Source: an uncultured Methanosarcinales archaeon (GTDB taxonomy: Archaea > Nanobdellota > Nanobdellia > Woesearchaeales > UBA583). From it: a stretch of DNA of 64,000 nucleotides. Location of the stretch: contig CAYSDY010000003.1 of assembly GCA_964429995.1 (NCBI GenBank), positions 49,241-113,240 on the forward strand. The letters run 5' to 3'. How positions within the stretch are numbered: the stretch's first letter is position 1; the number at the start of each line of letters is the position of its first letter. Below are positions 55,889 through 63,901 of this stretch, piece after piece. The notes below the pieces were generated by a model. The model saw only the letters and a list, made by a program, of their open reading frames with translations. It ran no database searches and was not told where the DNA came from. A program made the translations under genes and the position numbers.

Positions 55889-55905
55889 TCATTGTTCTAC
55901 CTCCA
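55889..55905. repeat. 17-nt direct repeat TCATTGTTCTACCTCCA (copy 1)
   Basis: Identical to 56557-56573. Each copy supplies the stop codon, the last four codons (EVEQ) and a GGAGGT. Confidence 0.9.
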
Positions 55906-56560
55906 GTAAAATATTTTTAATATTTCTTTCAACTTCTGACATCATTATTTTTAAACTAGTTTTGTATATTTTTAGCCTTACTTCGATGGTAGGAATATTA
56001 AATTTACTTCTTATTTCTTCAGGAAGCCTATACATTACATAGAATTCATCATTTTCTTTATTAACTAATGATTCAATTTCTTCTATTGAATTAGTAAAAA
56101 ATATTGGGATCTCGATTTCTTTTATAGGTCCAAATTTAGTTTTCATTAAACCAATTCCTTTTATATCTCTATAAGACAGATCAAATTTTTTATCTGTTTC
56201 TTTTGTGTGACCATATAACTCATTTTCAAGATATATTTTAGTTTGTTTATCTTTAATTAAAGGAATTAATTTTAGAATTGATTTTCTCAAATAATTATGA
56301 GATTTTTCAAGAATCAGATCTTCTATCTCTTCAATCACATCTTTATTTCCCTTGGATTTGGACATTTTAATTTCTTTTTCTAAATCCTTTTTTAATTCAA
56401 TAGGATTACTTCCAATATTAATGATATTTTTTTGATTATTATTAAGATTTATTTTGTTAACATTTTGATTTACAATATTAATTTTATAAATTAAATATAA
56501 TGATAATCCAAATCCTAATCCTCCTAAAACTTCTAAAAACAACTTAATCTCTTCTATCAT
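55889..56560 (-). CDS. membrane-anchored protein with AbiTii-like C-terminal region (tentative abortive-infection-type accessory gene)
   Basis: The N-terminal TM helix is VLGGLGFGLSLYLIY. LRKSILKLIPLIKDKQTKIYLENELYGH...SYRDIKG resembles, from memory, the AbiTii pattern (..W...EL.GY....P.YR). The gene lies between hsdS and hsdR. Confidence 0.4.
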   Translation of the reverse strand: MIEEIKLFLEVLGGLGFGLSLYLIYKINIVNQNVNKINLNNNQKNIINIGSNPIELKKDLEKEIKMSKSKGNKDVIEEIEDLILEKSHNYLRKSILKLIPLIKDKQTKIYLENELYGHTKETDKKFDLSYRDIKGIGLMKTKFGPIKEIEIPIFFTNSIEEIESLVNKENDEFYVMYRLPEEIRSKFNIPTIEVRLKIYKTSLKIMMSEVERNIKNILLEVEQ

Positions 56561-56573
56561 TGTTCTACCTCCA
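56557..56573. repeat. 17-nt direct repeat TCATTGTTCTACCTCCA (copy 2)
   Basis: See 55889-55905. The copies are spaced 668 nt apart and bracket exactly the 223-aa gene. Confidence 0.9.
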
Positions 56574-57879
56574 TTTTAAGACCGCAATTTATGACCTTAG
56601 AAGGTATCACATTTTGTGATACCCTAACTATTCCAGTTAGAAGAAGTTGCATTAATGATTTTTTTTGTAATTTTAATTGATTAATCTCTTCTTGAAGTAA
56701 GGAGATTTCTTTATCTTGATTTTGAAGTGTATTTGCTATTTTTTCTTGTTCAGGTAAGGAGGGTAGGAGTATTTTCATCATTGACATATCTTTAAATGCT
56801 AAACTATCTCTAACACTTCCAGCTACAAAACTTTCAATTCTTCCTTTAAACTGATGTGTATCTAACCAATACCTAAAATAAATTGGATTTAAGTTATCTT
56901 TTGTTTTAAATATAACATACATTGGACTTAATATTCCATTTTCAAATGAAGTTAATAAATCTATTGACCCCACATTAATTCTTGAAGGATTATATGCAAA
57001 TTCACCTCTTGAAACAATTTTATAATTTGATATATCTTTACTTGCAATTTCTTTTCCAAAATATTCATCTTGATTTACAAAACCTTTTTTATTAGTTACA
57101 CTTAAAACTCTTTTTACTTGATTTTCTTTATTTCTATTTAAAATCTCTTTTAATAACTTCTTCAACTTAACTTCTTTCCATTCATCATTAAACTCTTTAA
57201 ATCTAACTTTTCCACTCAATAGATTTTGCATTAGTGATTTCTTTAAATTCTTTTTCTCTTCAAGTAATTTTTCTTTTAATTCAATTAAATTGTCTTGGTT
57301 TGAAAGGATTTCTGCTATGACGGTTTGTTCAGGTAAAGATGGAGTTGGTAACCTCATAGAAGAATACTCCTCAGAATTAATTCCTGGTTGACCACCTCTC
57401 ATAGACATTATTTTGACCCATTTATCATATTGATAAGTTTCAGTATATAGTTTAATGAAATAAGGATTAGTTACATCATGATTTATTTTAAATCTAATTA
57501 AAAAACCTGCAAAATATAAATCTCCATCATTTTTAGAGTATAAATATGTTTTCCCTGTTGTTCCACCAGTTCTAGCAAATAATAAGTCATTTTCTTTTAA
57601 TAAATATTTTTTTTTATCTTCTAATTTTACAGACATTAAATTATTTTTAATAATTCTTCCATTTTCATCAATATCTGTAATTCTAAGATAAGTAGGTAAA
57701 TCTTTTGAGTATGGCAATGCAGATTCTCCAGCACCATACTGTCCTTTATCTTTACAAACATTCCCAAATTTTTCTACTTTCCAATCATTTGGAATTATTC
57801 CAATTTTAGTTTGTTTGTAACCTTCTGGAACTTCTCCTTTTTGAATCATTTCAAGTCTTTGTTTTATTTCTTGGTTCAT
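56557..57879 (-). CDS. hsdS: type I restriction-modification specificity subunit (two target-recognition domains)
   Basis: The conserved spacers LPTPSLPEQTVIAEIL and LLPSLPEQEKIANTL each follow a TRD. The C-terminal LLLTGIVRV is followed by a 20-aa tail of foreign origin. Confidence 0.9.
   Translation of the reverse strand: MNQEIKQRLEMIQKGEVPEGYKQTKIGIIPNDWKVEKFGNVCKDKGQYGAGESALPYSKDLPTYLRITDIDENGRIIKNNLMSVKLEDKKKYLLKENDLLFARTGGTTGKTYLYSKNDGDLYFAGFLIRFKINHDVTNPYFIKLYTETYQYDKWVKIMSMRGGQPGINSEEYSSMRLPTPSLPEQTVIAEILSNQDNLIELKEKLLEEKKNLKKSLMQNLLSGKVRFKEFNDEWKEVKLKKLLKEILNRNKENQVKRVLSVTNKKGFVNQDEYFGKEIASKDISNYKIVSRGEFAYNPSRINVGSIDLLTSFENGILSPMYVIFKTKDNLNPIYFRYWLDTHQFKGRIESFVAGSVRDSLAFKDMSMMKILLPSLPEQEKIANTLQNQDKEISLLQEEINQLKLQKKSLMQLLLTGIVRVSQNVIPSKVINCGLKMEVEQ
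56567..56572 (-). promoter_or_regulatory. Shine-Dalgarno GGAGGT for the 223-aa gene
   Basis: 6 nt before the ATG at 56560. Confidence 0.55.
56603..56623. repeat. palindrome GGTATCACA-TTT-TGTGATACC
   Basis: Perfect 9-bp arms in the 3' tail of hsdS (encoding SQNVIPSK). It is the counterpart of 55601-55621. Confidence 0.8.
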
Positions 57880-58004
57880 TTTAACACCACTCTTTCAATT
57901 AAATTGAACTTGTAAAATATTTGTCCCACAAGTTGTGGCACTTTTTCAAATTCATGGATCATTTTGTTGATATCAACGAAATGATAGATATTAAATAATT
58001 TCAT
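57876..58004 (-). CDS. 42-aa micro-ORF coupled on both sides by ATGA overlaps
   Basis: Its ATG overlaps the KilA-N stop and its TGA overlaps the hsdS ATG. Translation is MKLFNIYHFVDINKMIHEFEKVPQLVGQIFYKFNLIERVVLK. No homology recognised. Confidence 0.3.
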   Translation of the reverse strand: MKLFNIYHFVDINKMIHEFEKVPQLVGQIFYKFNLIERVVLK

Positions 58005-58816
58005 TCTCTCTCCAACCTCCCAATATTATTATTTGAAACTAAGAGTGTCATTTGCTCAATAGCAATTTTATTTATCTCAATTAATCTATCTTCTTTACTT
58101 AAACCATTTTTAATAAAAATTGAATTTAAATTTTCAAGATTAGTTAAACAAACTAATTGACTAACATTTGCATAATCTCTAATATTACCCTCTAATTTTG
58201 GATTATTTCCTTTCCACTCTTTTGCAGTCATTCCAAATAAAGCTAAATTTAAAATATCTGCCTCAGTTGCATAAACTAAATTTGGATTTTTAATAGTATT
58301 TGGAATTAAATGAGTTTTAATTGCATCAGTATGAATTTTATAATTGATTTTAGTTAAAGTTCTTTTAATATTCCAATCTTGATTTTGCATTTCAATTTCT
58401 TTTAATCTTTGAAATTCTTTAATTAAGTATATTTTAAATTCTGCACTAATCCACATTCCAAATTCAAAAGCTAAATCTTTATGGGCATAAGTTCCTCCAT
58501 ATCTTCCAGCTGTAGCCTTTAATCCTATTGCATTTGTTTTCTCAACCCATTCTTTAACACTAATTTTATAATTATTTAAACCCGCTTGACTTTTAATTGT
58601 GGCAAATTCGCCATAATTAAAATTAGGATTGTGAATTCTTTCCCAAATTCCTAAGAATTCAACAGTATTTCTATTTCTAAGCCAATCAGAAATAAAAAAA
58701 TCTCCATCTTTTGCTTTAAGCATATCTGTTAGAGAAATAAAATCATTATCTTTAACTTTCATTATTGAAATTTCAATTCCTTTTACTAAAATTTTATTTT
58801 TAATTTTCTCTACCAT
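58001..58816 (-). CDS. KilA-N domain-containing DNA-binding protein
   Basis: DFISLTDMLKAK, WLRNRNTVEFLGIWE and GGTYAHKDLAFEFGMWISAEFKIYLIKEFQRLKE. Confidence 0.85.
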   Translation of the reverse strand: MVEKIKNKILVKGIEISIMKVKDNDFISLTDMLKAKDGDFFISDWLRNRNTVEFLGIWERIHNPNFNYGEFATIKSQAGLNNYKISVKEWVEKTNAIGLKATAGRYGGTYAHKDLAFEFGMWISAEFKIYLIKEFQRLKEIEMQNQDWNIKRTLTKINYKIHTDAIKTHLIPNTIKNPNLVYATEADILNLALFGMTAKEWKGNNPKLEGNIRDYANVSQLVCLTNLENLNSIFIKNGLSKEDRLIEINKIAIEQMTLLVSNNNIGRLERE

Positions 58817-58822
58817 TTAAAT

Positions 58823-58828
58823 ACCTCC
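58823..58828 (-). promoter_or_regulatory. Shine-Dalgarno GGAGGT for the KilA-N gene
   Basis: 6 nt before the ATG at 58816. Confidence 0.55.
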
Positions 58829-58920
58829 TGAACCTTTTTGTTGAAGTCAACAATATGGTTTGAGTAAAAAACAATTCAATAATAAAACATTCTTTAAATT
58901 CCATTCTTTTCAAACCTCTT

Positions 58921-60441
58921 TTACAATCCCAACTCCTTCAAGTATTCATCTTGTTTTTTCTCAACTTCAACAATTTCAGCTTTCAATTTAACAATATTTT
59001 CTTTTACCAAATCCAAATCAATAATCTCTTCTTCTTCAAATGTATCTACATAACGAGGAATATTCAAATTATAATCATTTTCTTTGATTTCATCAATATT
59101 AGCAACATATGAATATTTATCTTCTGTTTCATATCTTTTATATGTTTCATATATCTTCTCAATATCACTATCTCTTAACACATTTTGATTTTTTCCTTTC
59201 TCAAAATTTCCTTCTCCTGAACCATCAATAAATAAAATATCTTTTCTTGTCCTATTTTTTTTAAACACTAATACACAAGCAGGAATACTAGTTCCAAAAA
59301 ACAAATTAGCAGGAAGTCCAATTACAGCATCAAGTAAATTTAAATCAATTATTTGTTTTCTAATCTTACCTTCTTGTGCTCCTCTAAATAGAACTCCATG
59401 AGGTAAAACAACAGCCATCCTTCCATTTTCACTAAGCGAATATAACATATGTTGAACAAAGGCATAATCTCCTTTTGACTTAGGAGGAACTCCCCATTCA
59501 AATCTTCTATATGGGTCAAGAGAACTATCCATAACAAAATCTTTCTCAGAATCAGTATTTGAAAATCCCATAGCCCATTTATCTAAACTAAAAGGCGGAT
59601 TTGCAACAATTACTTGAAATTTCATCAACTTATCATTTTCTAAATGTAGTGGATTTGCCAAAGTATCACCCCACTCAATTTTTGCATCATCAAATTTATG
59701 TAAAAACATATTCATTCTAGCAAGTGATTGTGTTTGACCATTTCTTTCCTGACCATAAATTGCTACTTTTTTATTTTGAACTCTTTGAGCTGTTTTTAAC
59801 AATAATGAACCTGAGCCGCAAGTAGGGTCGTAAATTCTATCATTTTCTTTTGGTTCAACTAACATGGAAACTAATTTAGAAACTTTTGCTGGCGTGAAAA
59901 ACTCACCCCCCTTCTTTCCAGCATCTGATGCAAATTGACCTATCATATATTCATAGGCATCACCAATAACATCTGCATCACCAATAACACTTGGAGATAA
60001 ATTTAAAGTTTTAAAATCTTCAAGTAAATGTCTAAGCATAGCATTTCTATCTTTTACTTGACCTAAAACCATTTCTGAATTAAAATCAATGTTTCTAAAA
60101 ACACCTCTTAATTTTAATTTATTATCTTCTTCTATTTTTTCTAATGCCGTATTGATAATTTCTCCAACATTGGATTCATTTCTTTTTGAATAAATATAAT
60201 CAAAAGTTGATTTGTCATCTAAAATAAATCTATCTCTTGCAAGAGCCCTTTCAATTCTTGTTTGATCTTGGTCATATTTTTCTGAATAAATCTCTAAATG
60301 TTCTTTATATGTATCTGATAAGTATTTTACAAATAACATTACCAAAACATAATCTTTGTAAATTGAAGAGTCAATCTTTCCTCTAAAAGTATCACATGCT
60401 TTCCATAAAGTGTTTGAAATTGTTTCTTTTTTTGTTTCCAT
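58921..60441 (-). CDS. hsdM: type I restriction-modification DNA methyltransferase subunit
   Basis: HsdM N-terminal domain, motif I YDPTCGSGSLL and motif IV VANPPFS. Confidence 0.95.
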   Translation of the reverse strand: METKKETISNTLWKACDTFRGKIDSSIYKDYVLVMLFVKYLSDTYKEHLEIYSEKYDQDQTRIERALARDRFILDDKSTFDYIYSKRNESNVGEIINTALEKIEEDNKLKLRGVFRNIDFNSEMVLGQVKDRNAMLRHLLEDFKTLNLSPSVIGDADVIGDAYEYMIGQFASDAGKKGGEFFTPAKVSKLVSMLVEPKENDRIYDPTCGSGSLLLKTAQRVQNKKVAIYGQERNGQTQSLARMNMFLHKFDDAKIEWGDTLANPLHLENDKLMKFQVIVANPPFSLDKWAMGFSNTDSEKDFVMDSSLDPYRRFEWGVPPKSKGDYAFVQHMLYSLSENGRMAVVLPHGVLFRGAQEGKIRKQIIDLNLLDAVIGLPANLFFGTSIPACVLVFKKNRTRKDILFIDGSGEGNFEKGKNQNVLRDSDIEKIYETYKRYETEDKYSYVANIDEIKENDYNLNIPRYVDTFEEEEIIDLDLVKENIVKLKAEIVEVEKKQDEYLKELGL

Positions 60442-60450
60442 TTTTTGTTT

Positions 60451-61026
60451 TTATTCTATATATTTATTTAATAAAGTTTTAATTAATGTTTTCTTTTGAC
60501 TAGTTAATTGTTCTAATAAATTTAATTCATTTAAGTGTTCCTTGTAAACTCCAATTATTTTTGATTGAATTTCAATAGGACAAATTGATCCAAATTCAAT
60601 TTCATTAAATGAAGAGACTTTAATAACAGGAATCTTTGTCCCTGTTGATATTTGAGCTAATTTCTTTTGAAAATTTTCAGAATTTAAAACAATAGTCAAA
60701 TATTCAGGTAAAAATTTATTTAAAATATTCCTAAGAACCAAGAAATTAGATGAAATTAACAAACCTTCTTCTAGGCTATCAATATATACTGCTGTATAAG
60801 GAAAAGTTAGTCTCACAATAATATCTCCTTTTTTTGTTATATATTTATTATCAATATCACTTTCAGCTGAAAAATCTTCTAATTCATTATGATTAATAGA
60901 AAAATCATTTTCAAAACTTTTAATAGTTAATAATTTATATATCTTAGAAGGATTTAGATTATTCTCTGCTTTCTTTCTACTTAATACCAACCCTGAGGTG
61001 ATCGAACATATTTCTTGAATCTTCAT
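60451..61026 (-). CDS. half-size type I specificity subunit (single TRD)
   Basis: 191 aa with one TRD plus the C-terminal conserved helix (LLEQLTSQKKTLIKTLLNKYIE), directly upstream of hsdM. Confidence 0.7.
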   Translation of the reverse strand: MKIQEICSITSGLVLSRKKAENNLNPSKIYKLLTIKSFENDFSINHNELEDFSAESDIDNKYITKKGDIIVRLTFPYTAVYIDSLEEGLLISSNFLVLRNILNKFLPEYLTIVLNSENFQKKLAQISTGTKIPVIKVSSFNEIEFGSICPIEIQSKIIGVYKEHLNELNLLEQLTSQKKTLIKTLLNKYIE

Positions 61027-61131
61027 TTGTCATAAATCAACTTCAACCAATCGAAAACAATTTTATTAAAATTTTATTTTGTCATAGCCTAGTTATTACC
61101 ACAGCTTCTATATTTATAAACTTAACGAAAA

Positions 61132-61158
61132 AATTGAAAAAAAGGGCCTTTTTCAATT
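61132..61158. other. perfect 10-bp hairpin AATTGAAAAA-AAGGGCC-TTTTTCAATT
   Basis: Read directly from the sequence. It lies between tRNA-Arg and the R-M island and could act as a bidirectional terminator. Confidence 0.4.
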
Positions 61159-61393
61159 TTAACTAATTTTTCCAAATTGTCACTTTATTTCTCTAAAATA
61201 AGTATTTTTTCAAATTTATCAATTAAATTATCAATATCGTATTCTAAAATAATTTCTCCTAAAAATAATTTTAATAAAAAAATATGAACAATTGGAAGAA
61301 TAGCTATTTCATCCCCAAATTTTATCCTGTTTTAATGAATTATTGATTTTATCAAAAACTAAATCAATTAAATCTATATACCCGCTTAAAAAC

Positions 61394-61467
61394 CGACCCC
61401 AGAGAGATTCGAACTCCCGCAATCCGGGCCGAAACCGGAAGCACTATCCAGGCTATGCTATGGGGCC
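61394..61467 (-). tRNA. tRNA-Arg (anticodon UCG)
   Basis: Manual cloverleaf of the reverse complement: acceptor GGCCCCA/UGGGGUC, D arm GCAU-AGCCUGGAUA-GUGC, anticodon arm UCCGG-UUUCGGC-CCGGA, T arm GGGAG-UUCGAAU-CUCUC, discriminator G. Confidence 0.85.
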
Positions 61468-61553
61468 AATAAACAAGGTTATGAAGTTTAATTAAATTCT
61501 TTTTATAAAATTTTGTTTTAATTATGATGCAAATTTGTTTTTTTAAAGATAAA

Positions 61554-61561
61554 TTTATAAA
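61554..61561 (+). promoter_or_regulatory. TATA box for 61584..61898
   Basis: TTTATAAA lies 30 nt upstream of the ATG at 61584. Confidence 0.4.
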
Positions 61562-61583
61562 CATTAACTACTTAATAGTAGTT

Positions 61584-61898
61584 ATGAAATCAAGTTTAAT
61601 GGAAAAAATAAGTAGCAGTTTGGCAGAAAGTCTTTCAGGACCTCAAAATCCTGTTAAAAACGCATTGTTAGCGATTGTTTGTGAAAACAAAGATCAATTA
61701 GACAGAACTATAAGAAGTATTAAAAATGATTTTCCTTATGCTGGTAATTACTCTTTAAATTTTAGGCCAGGATATAATGGAAAAATATATTTTAATGGAT
61801 TAGAAGCTGTTGAGGCAAAGGGAAGAAGTACAATAATTTGCGATTCTATTGGAGAATGTTATTTTCGTATTCCAGAAGAAAATCATATATATCATTAA
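61584..61898 (+). CDS. hypothetical protein
   Basis: 104-aa ORF. The start is chosen by the TATA spacing. No motif recognised. Confidence 0.5.
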   Translation: MKSSLMEKISSSLAESLSGPQNPVKNALLAIVCENKDQLDRTIRSIKNDFPYAGNYSLNFRPGYNGKIYFNGLEAVEAKGRSTIICDSIGECYFRIPEENHIYH

Positions 61899-62064
61899 TT
61901 ATTTTTGCTAAATTTTATAAATATCAATGTTTGGTTCTATTGTTATACAGTCAAAATGGTTCTTTCATGGTTGAATATGACATGTGATTTTAGTGGTTTA
62001 CTGTTAATATTTAGGAACTGATTGATAGCAAAATCTTGCTGTATGTTGCTTAATTAAATGAAAA

Positions 62065-63339
62065 ATGTTAGATATAAAATTAATTAGGGATAATACAGAT
62101 TTTGTAAAAAAAAATTTGGAAAGAAGAAATGGATTTGACACAGGTATTGTGGATGAACTTATAAAAGTAGATGATTTATGGAGAAATCATAAATTTGAAA
62201 CTGATAATCTTAAATCTGTTAAGAATAAGGAAAATTTAAAGATATCTGAATTTAAGAAATCTGGAAAGAACATTGATGAACAGGTTAAGAAAGTTAAGGA
62301 TTTAAATGATAAGATTGCTCATGTAGAATCTTTAATGCAGGATTTAGAAGATAAAAGGTTATCTTTACTACTTAAGCTACCTAATATGCTTGATGAACAG
62401 GTGCCTTTTGGATTGGATGATGAACAGAATAAACCTATAAGATTCAATTTAGAAAAGCCTAATTACTCTTTTCCTATCAGAAATTTTTCTGAACTTTGTG
62501 AAATGAATGATTGGGCAGATCTTGAAACTGCTTCAAAAACATCAGGAGCAAGATTTTATTATCTTAAAAATGAATTGGTGCTTTTACAGGTTGCAATATA
62601 TAATTATGCCTTAAATAAACTTGCTCAAAAAGGATATGTACCTGTTGAGGTGCCACCTATGCTTAAAAGAAATGTTATAGGATGCTCTGTTTCACTTGAG
62701 GATTTTGAAGATGTGATATATAAGATTGAAGATGAAGATCTTTACATGATTGGAACATCAGAACATGCACTTGCAGCACTTCATATAAACCACATGTTTA
62801 ATCATAAGGATTTACCAGTAAAATATGCTGGTTTATCTGCATGTTTTAGAAAAGAAGCTGGTGTAACTAAGGATAGTAAGGGAATATTTAGAGTTCATAA
62901 CTTTAATAAAATAGAACAATTTGTTTTCTGTAAACCTGAAGAGTCAGATAATTATCATAAAGAAATTACTCAAAATGCTGAAGAGATATTTAAAGAACTT
63001 GAATTACATTATCAGATAGTTGATATATGTACAGGAGATATGGGTAGTTTTGCTACAAGAAAATTTGATTTGGAAGCTTGGTTGCCAGGACAGCAAAGAT
63101 ATAGAGAAATGGTTTCTTCATCAAACTATAGAGATTATGGTGCAAGAAGATTAAATTGTAGATATCAGAATGAAAAAAATGAAATAGAATTCGTTCATAC
63201 ACTAAATTCTACAGCAATAGCACTAACAAGAGCAATGATTGCAATAATAGAACAACATCAAACACAGGATGGAAATGTAATAATCCCTGTTGTGTTAAGA
63301 CCTTATATGGGTGAAAGAAAACTACTTATTCAAAGGTAA
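62065..63339 (+). CDS. serS: serine--tRNA ligase
   Basis: N-terminal coiled-coil arm (MLDIKLIRDN...), class II motifs (CFRKEAG, GSFATRKFDLEAWLPG) and a C-terminal TLNSTAIALTRAMIAIIE. Confidence 0.95.
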   Translation: MLDIKLIRDNTDFVKKNLERRNGFDTGIVDELIKVDDLWRNHKFETDNLKSVKNKENLKISEFKKSGKNIDEQVKKVKDLNDKIAHVESLMQDLEDKRLSLLLKLPNMLDEQVPFGLDDEQNKPIRFNLEKPNYSFPIRNFSELCEMNDWADLETASKTSGARFYYLKNELVLLQVAIYNYALNKLAQKGYVPVEVPPMLKRNVIGCSVSLEDFEDVIYKIEDEDLYMIGTSEHALAALHINHMFNHKDLPVKYAGLSACFRKEAGVTKDSKGIFRVHNFNKIEQFVFCKPEESDNYHKEITQNAEEIFKELELHYQIVDICTGDMGSFATRKFDLEAWLPGQQRYREMVSSSNYRDYGARRLNCRYQNEKNEIEFVHTLNSTAIALTRAMIAIIEQHQTQDGNVIIPVVLRPYMGERKLLIQR

Positions 63340-63356
63340 TTTTTTATTTTATAGAG

Positions 63357-63385
63357 TATTAAGAATTTAAAAAAAACTTATTTTT
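63357..63385 (+). terminator. conserved 3'-end module (copy C)
   Basis: TATTAAGAATTT-A8-CTTA-T5, 18 nt after the serS stop. It has the same orientation relative to the upstream gene as copies A and B. Confidence 0.45.
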
Positions 63386-63577
63386 CTTAAACTTCTTTAG
63401 AAGATAGCGTTGTAAAACATCCATATTGTAGGGCTACATAGTTCCCTTTCTAAACTATAAGGAGTTTTGTAGTTCTTTTTCTTGCCTTCTAAAATGTTTA
63501 TTTAAGAACATGATTGCATCTTTTGCTTCAACATGTTTGAAAGCTTTATAAATATGATATAATTTGTGTTTATAAAT

Positions 63578-63898
63578 ATGAAAAGGCTAGGGAATTTAGA
63601 ACTGTTAAGCATCGGCCAGATGAGTGAACTTTCAAAATGTGAAGCTATGGGACTTTATACAAAGATATGTAAAAGCATTATAAATGTTGGCTATGATAAT
63701 TTTGAAGATGATATGGGACTTTTAAAATTTTATGGAGAAACTTTAATAAGAATGCACAAAGCACATCTTAACAAAGAATATTTGGAAAAAGTTATTGAAA
63801 CAACTCAAAAAAAATATGATTTAAAAACAGTTAAAGAAAATATTTATGATGATTGTAGCGTAAAATATTTATTTAATAGCACAAGAAGATGCTCATAA
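63578..63898 (+). CDS. hypothetical protein
   Basis: 106-aa ORF from the first ATG. A TATA box (63545-63552) lies about 33 nt upstream. Confidence 0.45.
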   Translation: MKRLGNLELLSIGQMSELSKCEAMGLYTKICKSIINVGYDNFEDDMGLLKFYGETLIRMHKAHLNKEYLEKVIETTQKKYDLKTVKENIYDDCSVKYLFNSTRRCS

Positions 63899-63901
63899 AT
63901 T

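Noticed and set aside
56557-61026. Phase-variable hsdS shufflon between the full and half hsdS genes.
   Set aside because: The two genes are co-oriented. No inverted hsdS repeats and no recombinase gene were seen in the island.
61027-61467. Integration of the R-M island into tRNA-Arg as a classical genomic island.
   Set aside because: No integrase gene is present, and no direct repeat of the tRNA 3' end was found near the other island border (50950-51115). Adjacency alone is insufficient.
61364-61564. 66-aa minus-strand ORF.
   Set aside because: It overlaps the tRNA-Arg gene and its promoter, and the GC-rich tRNA sequence creates the open frame.
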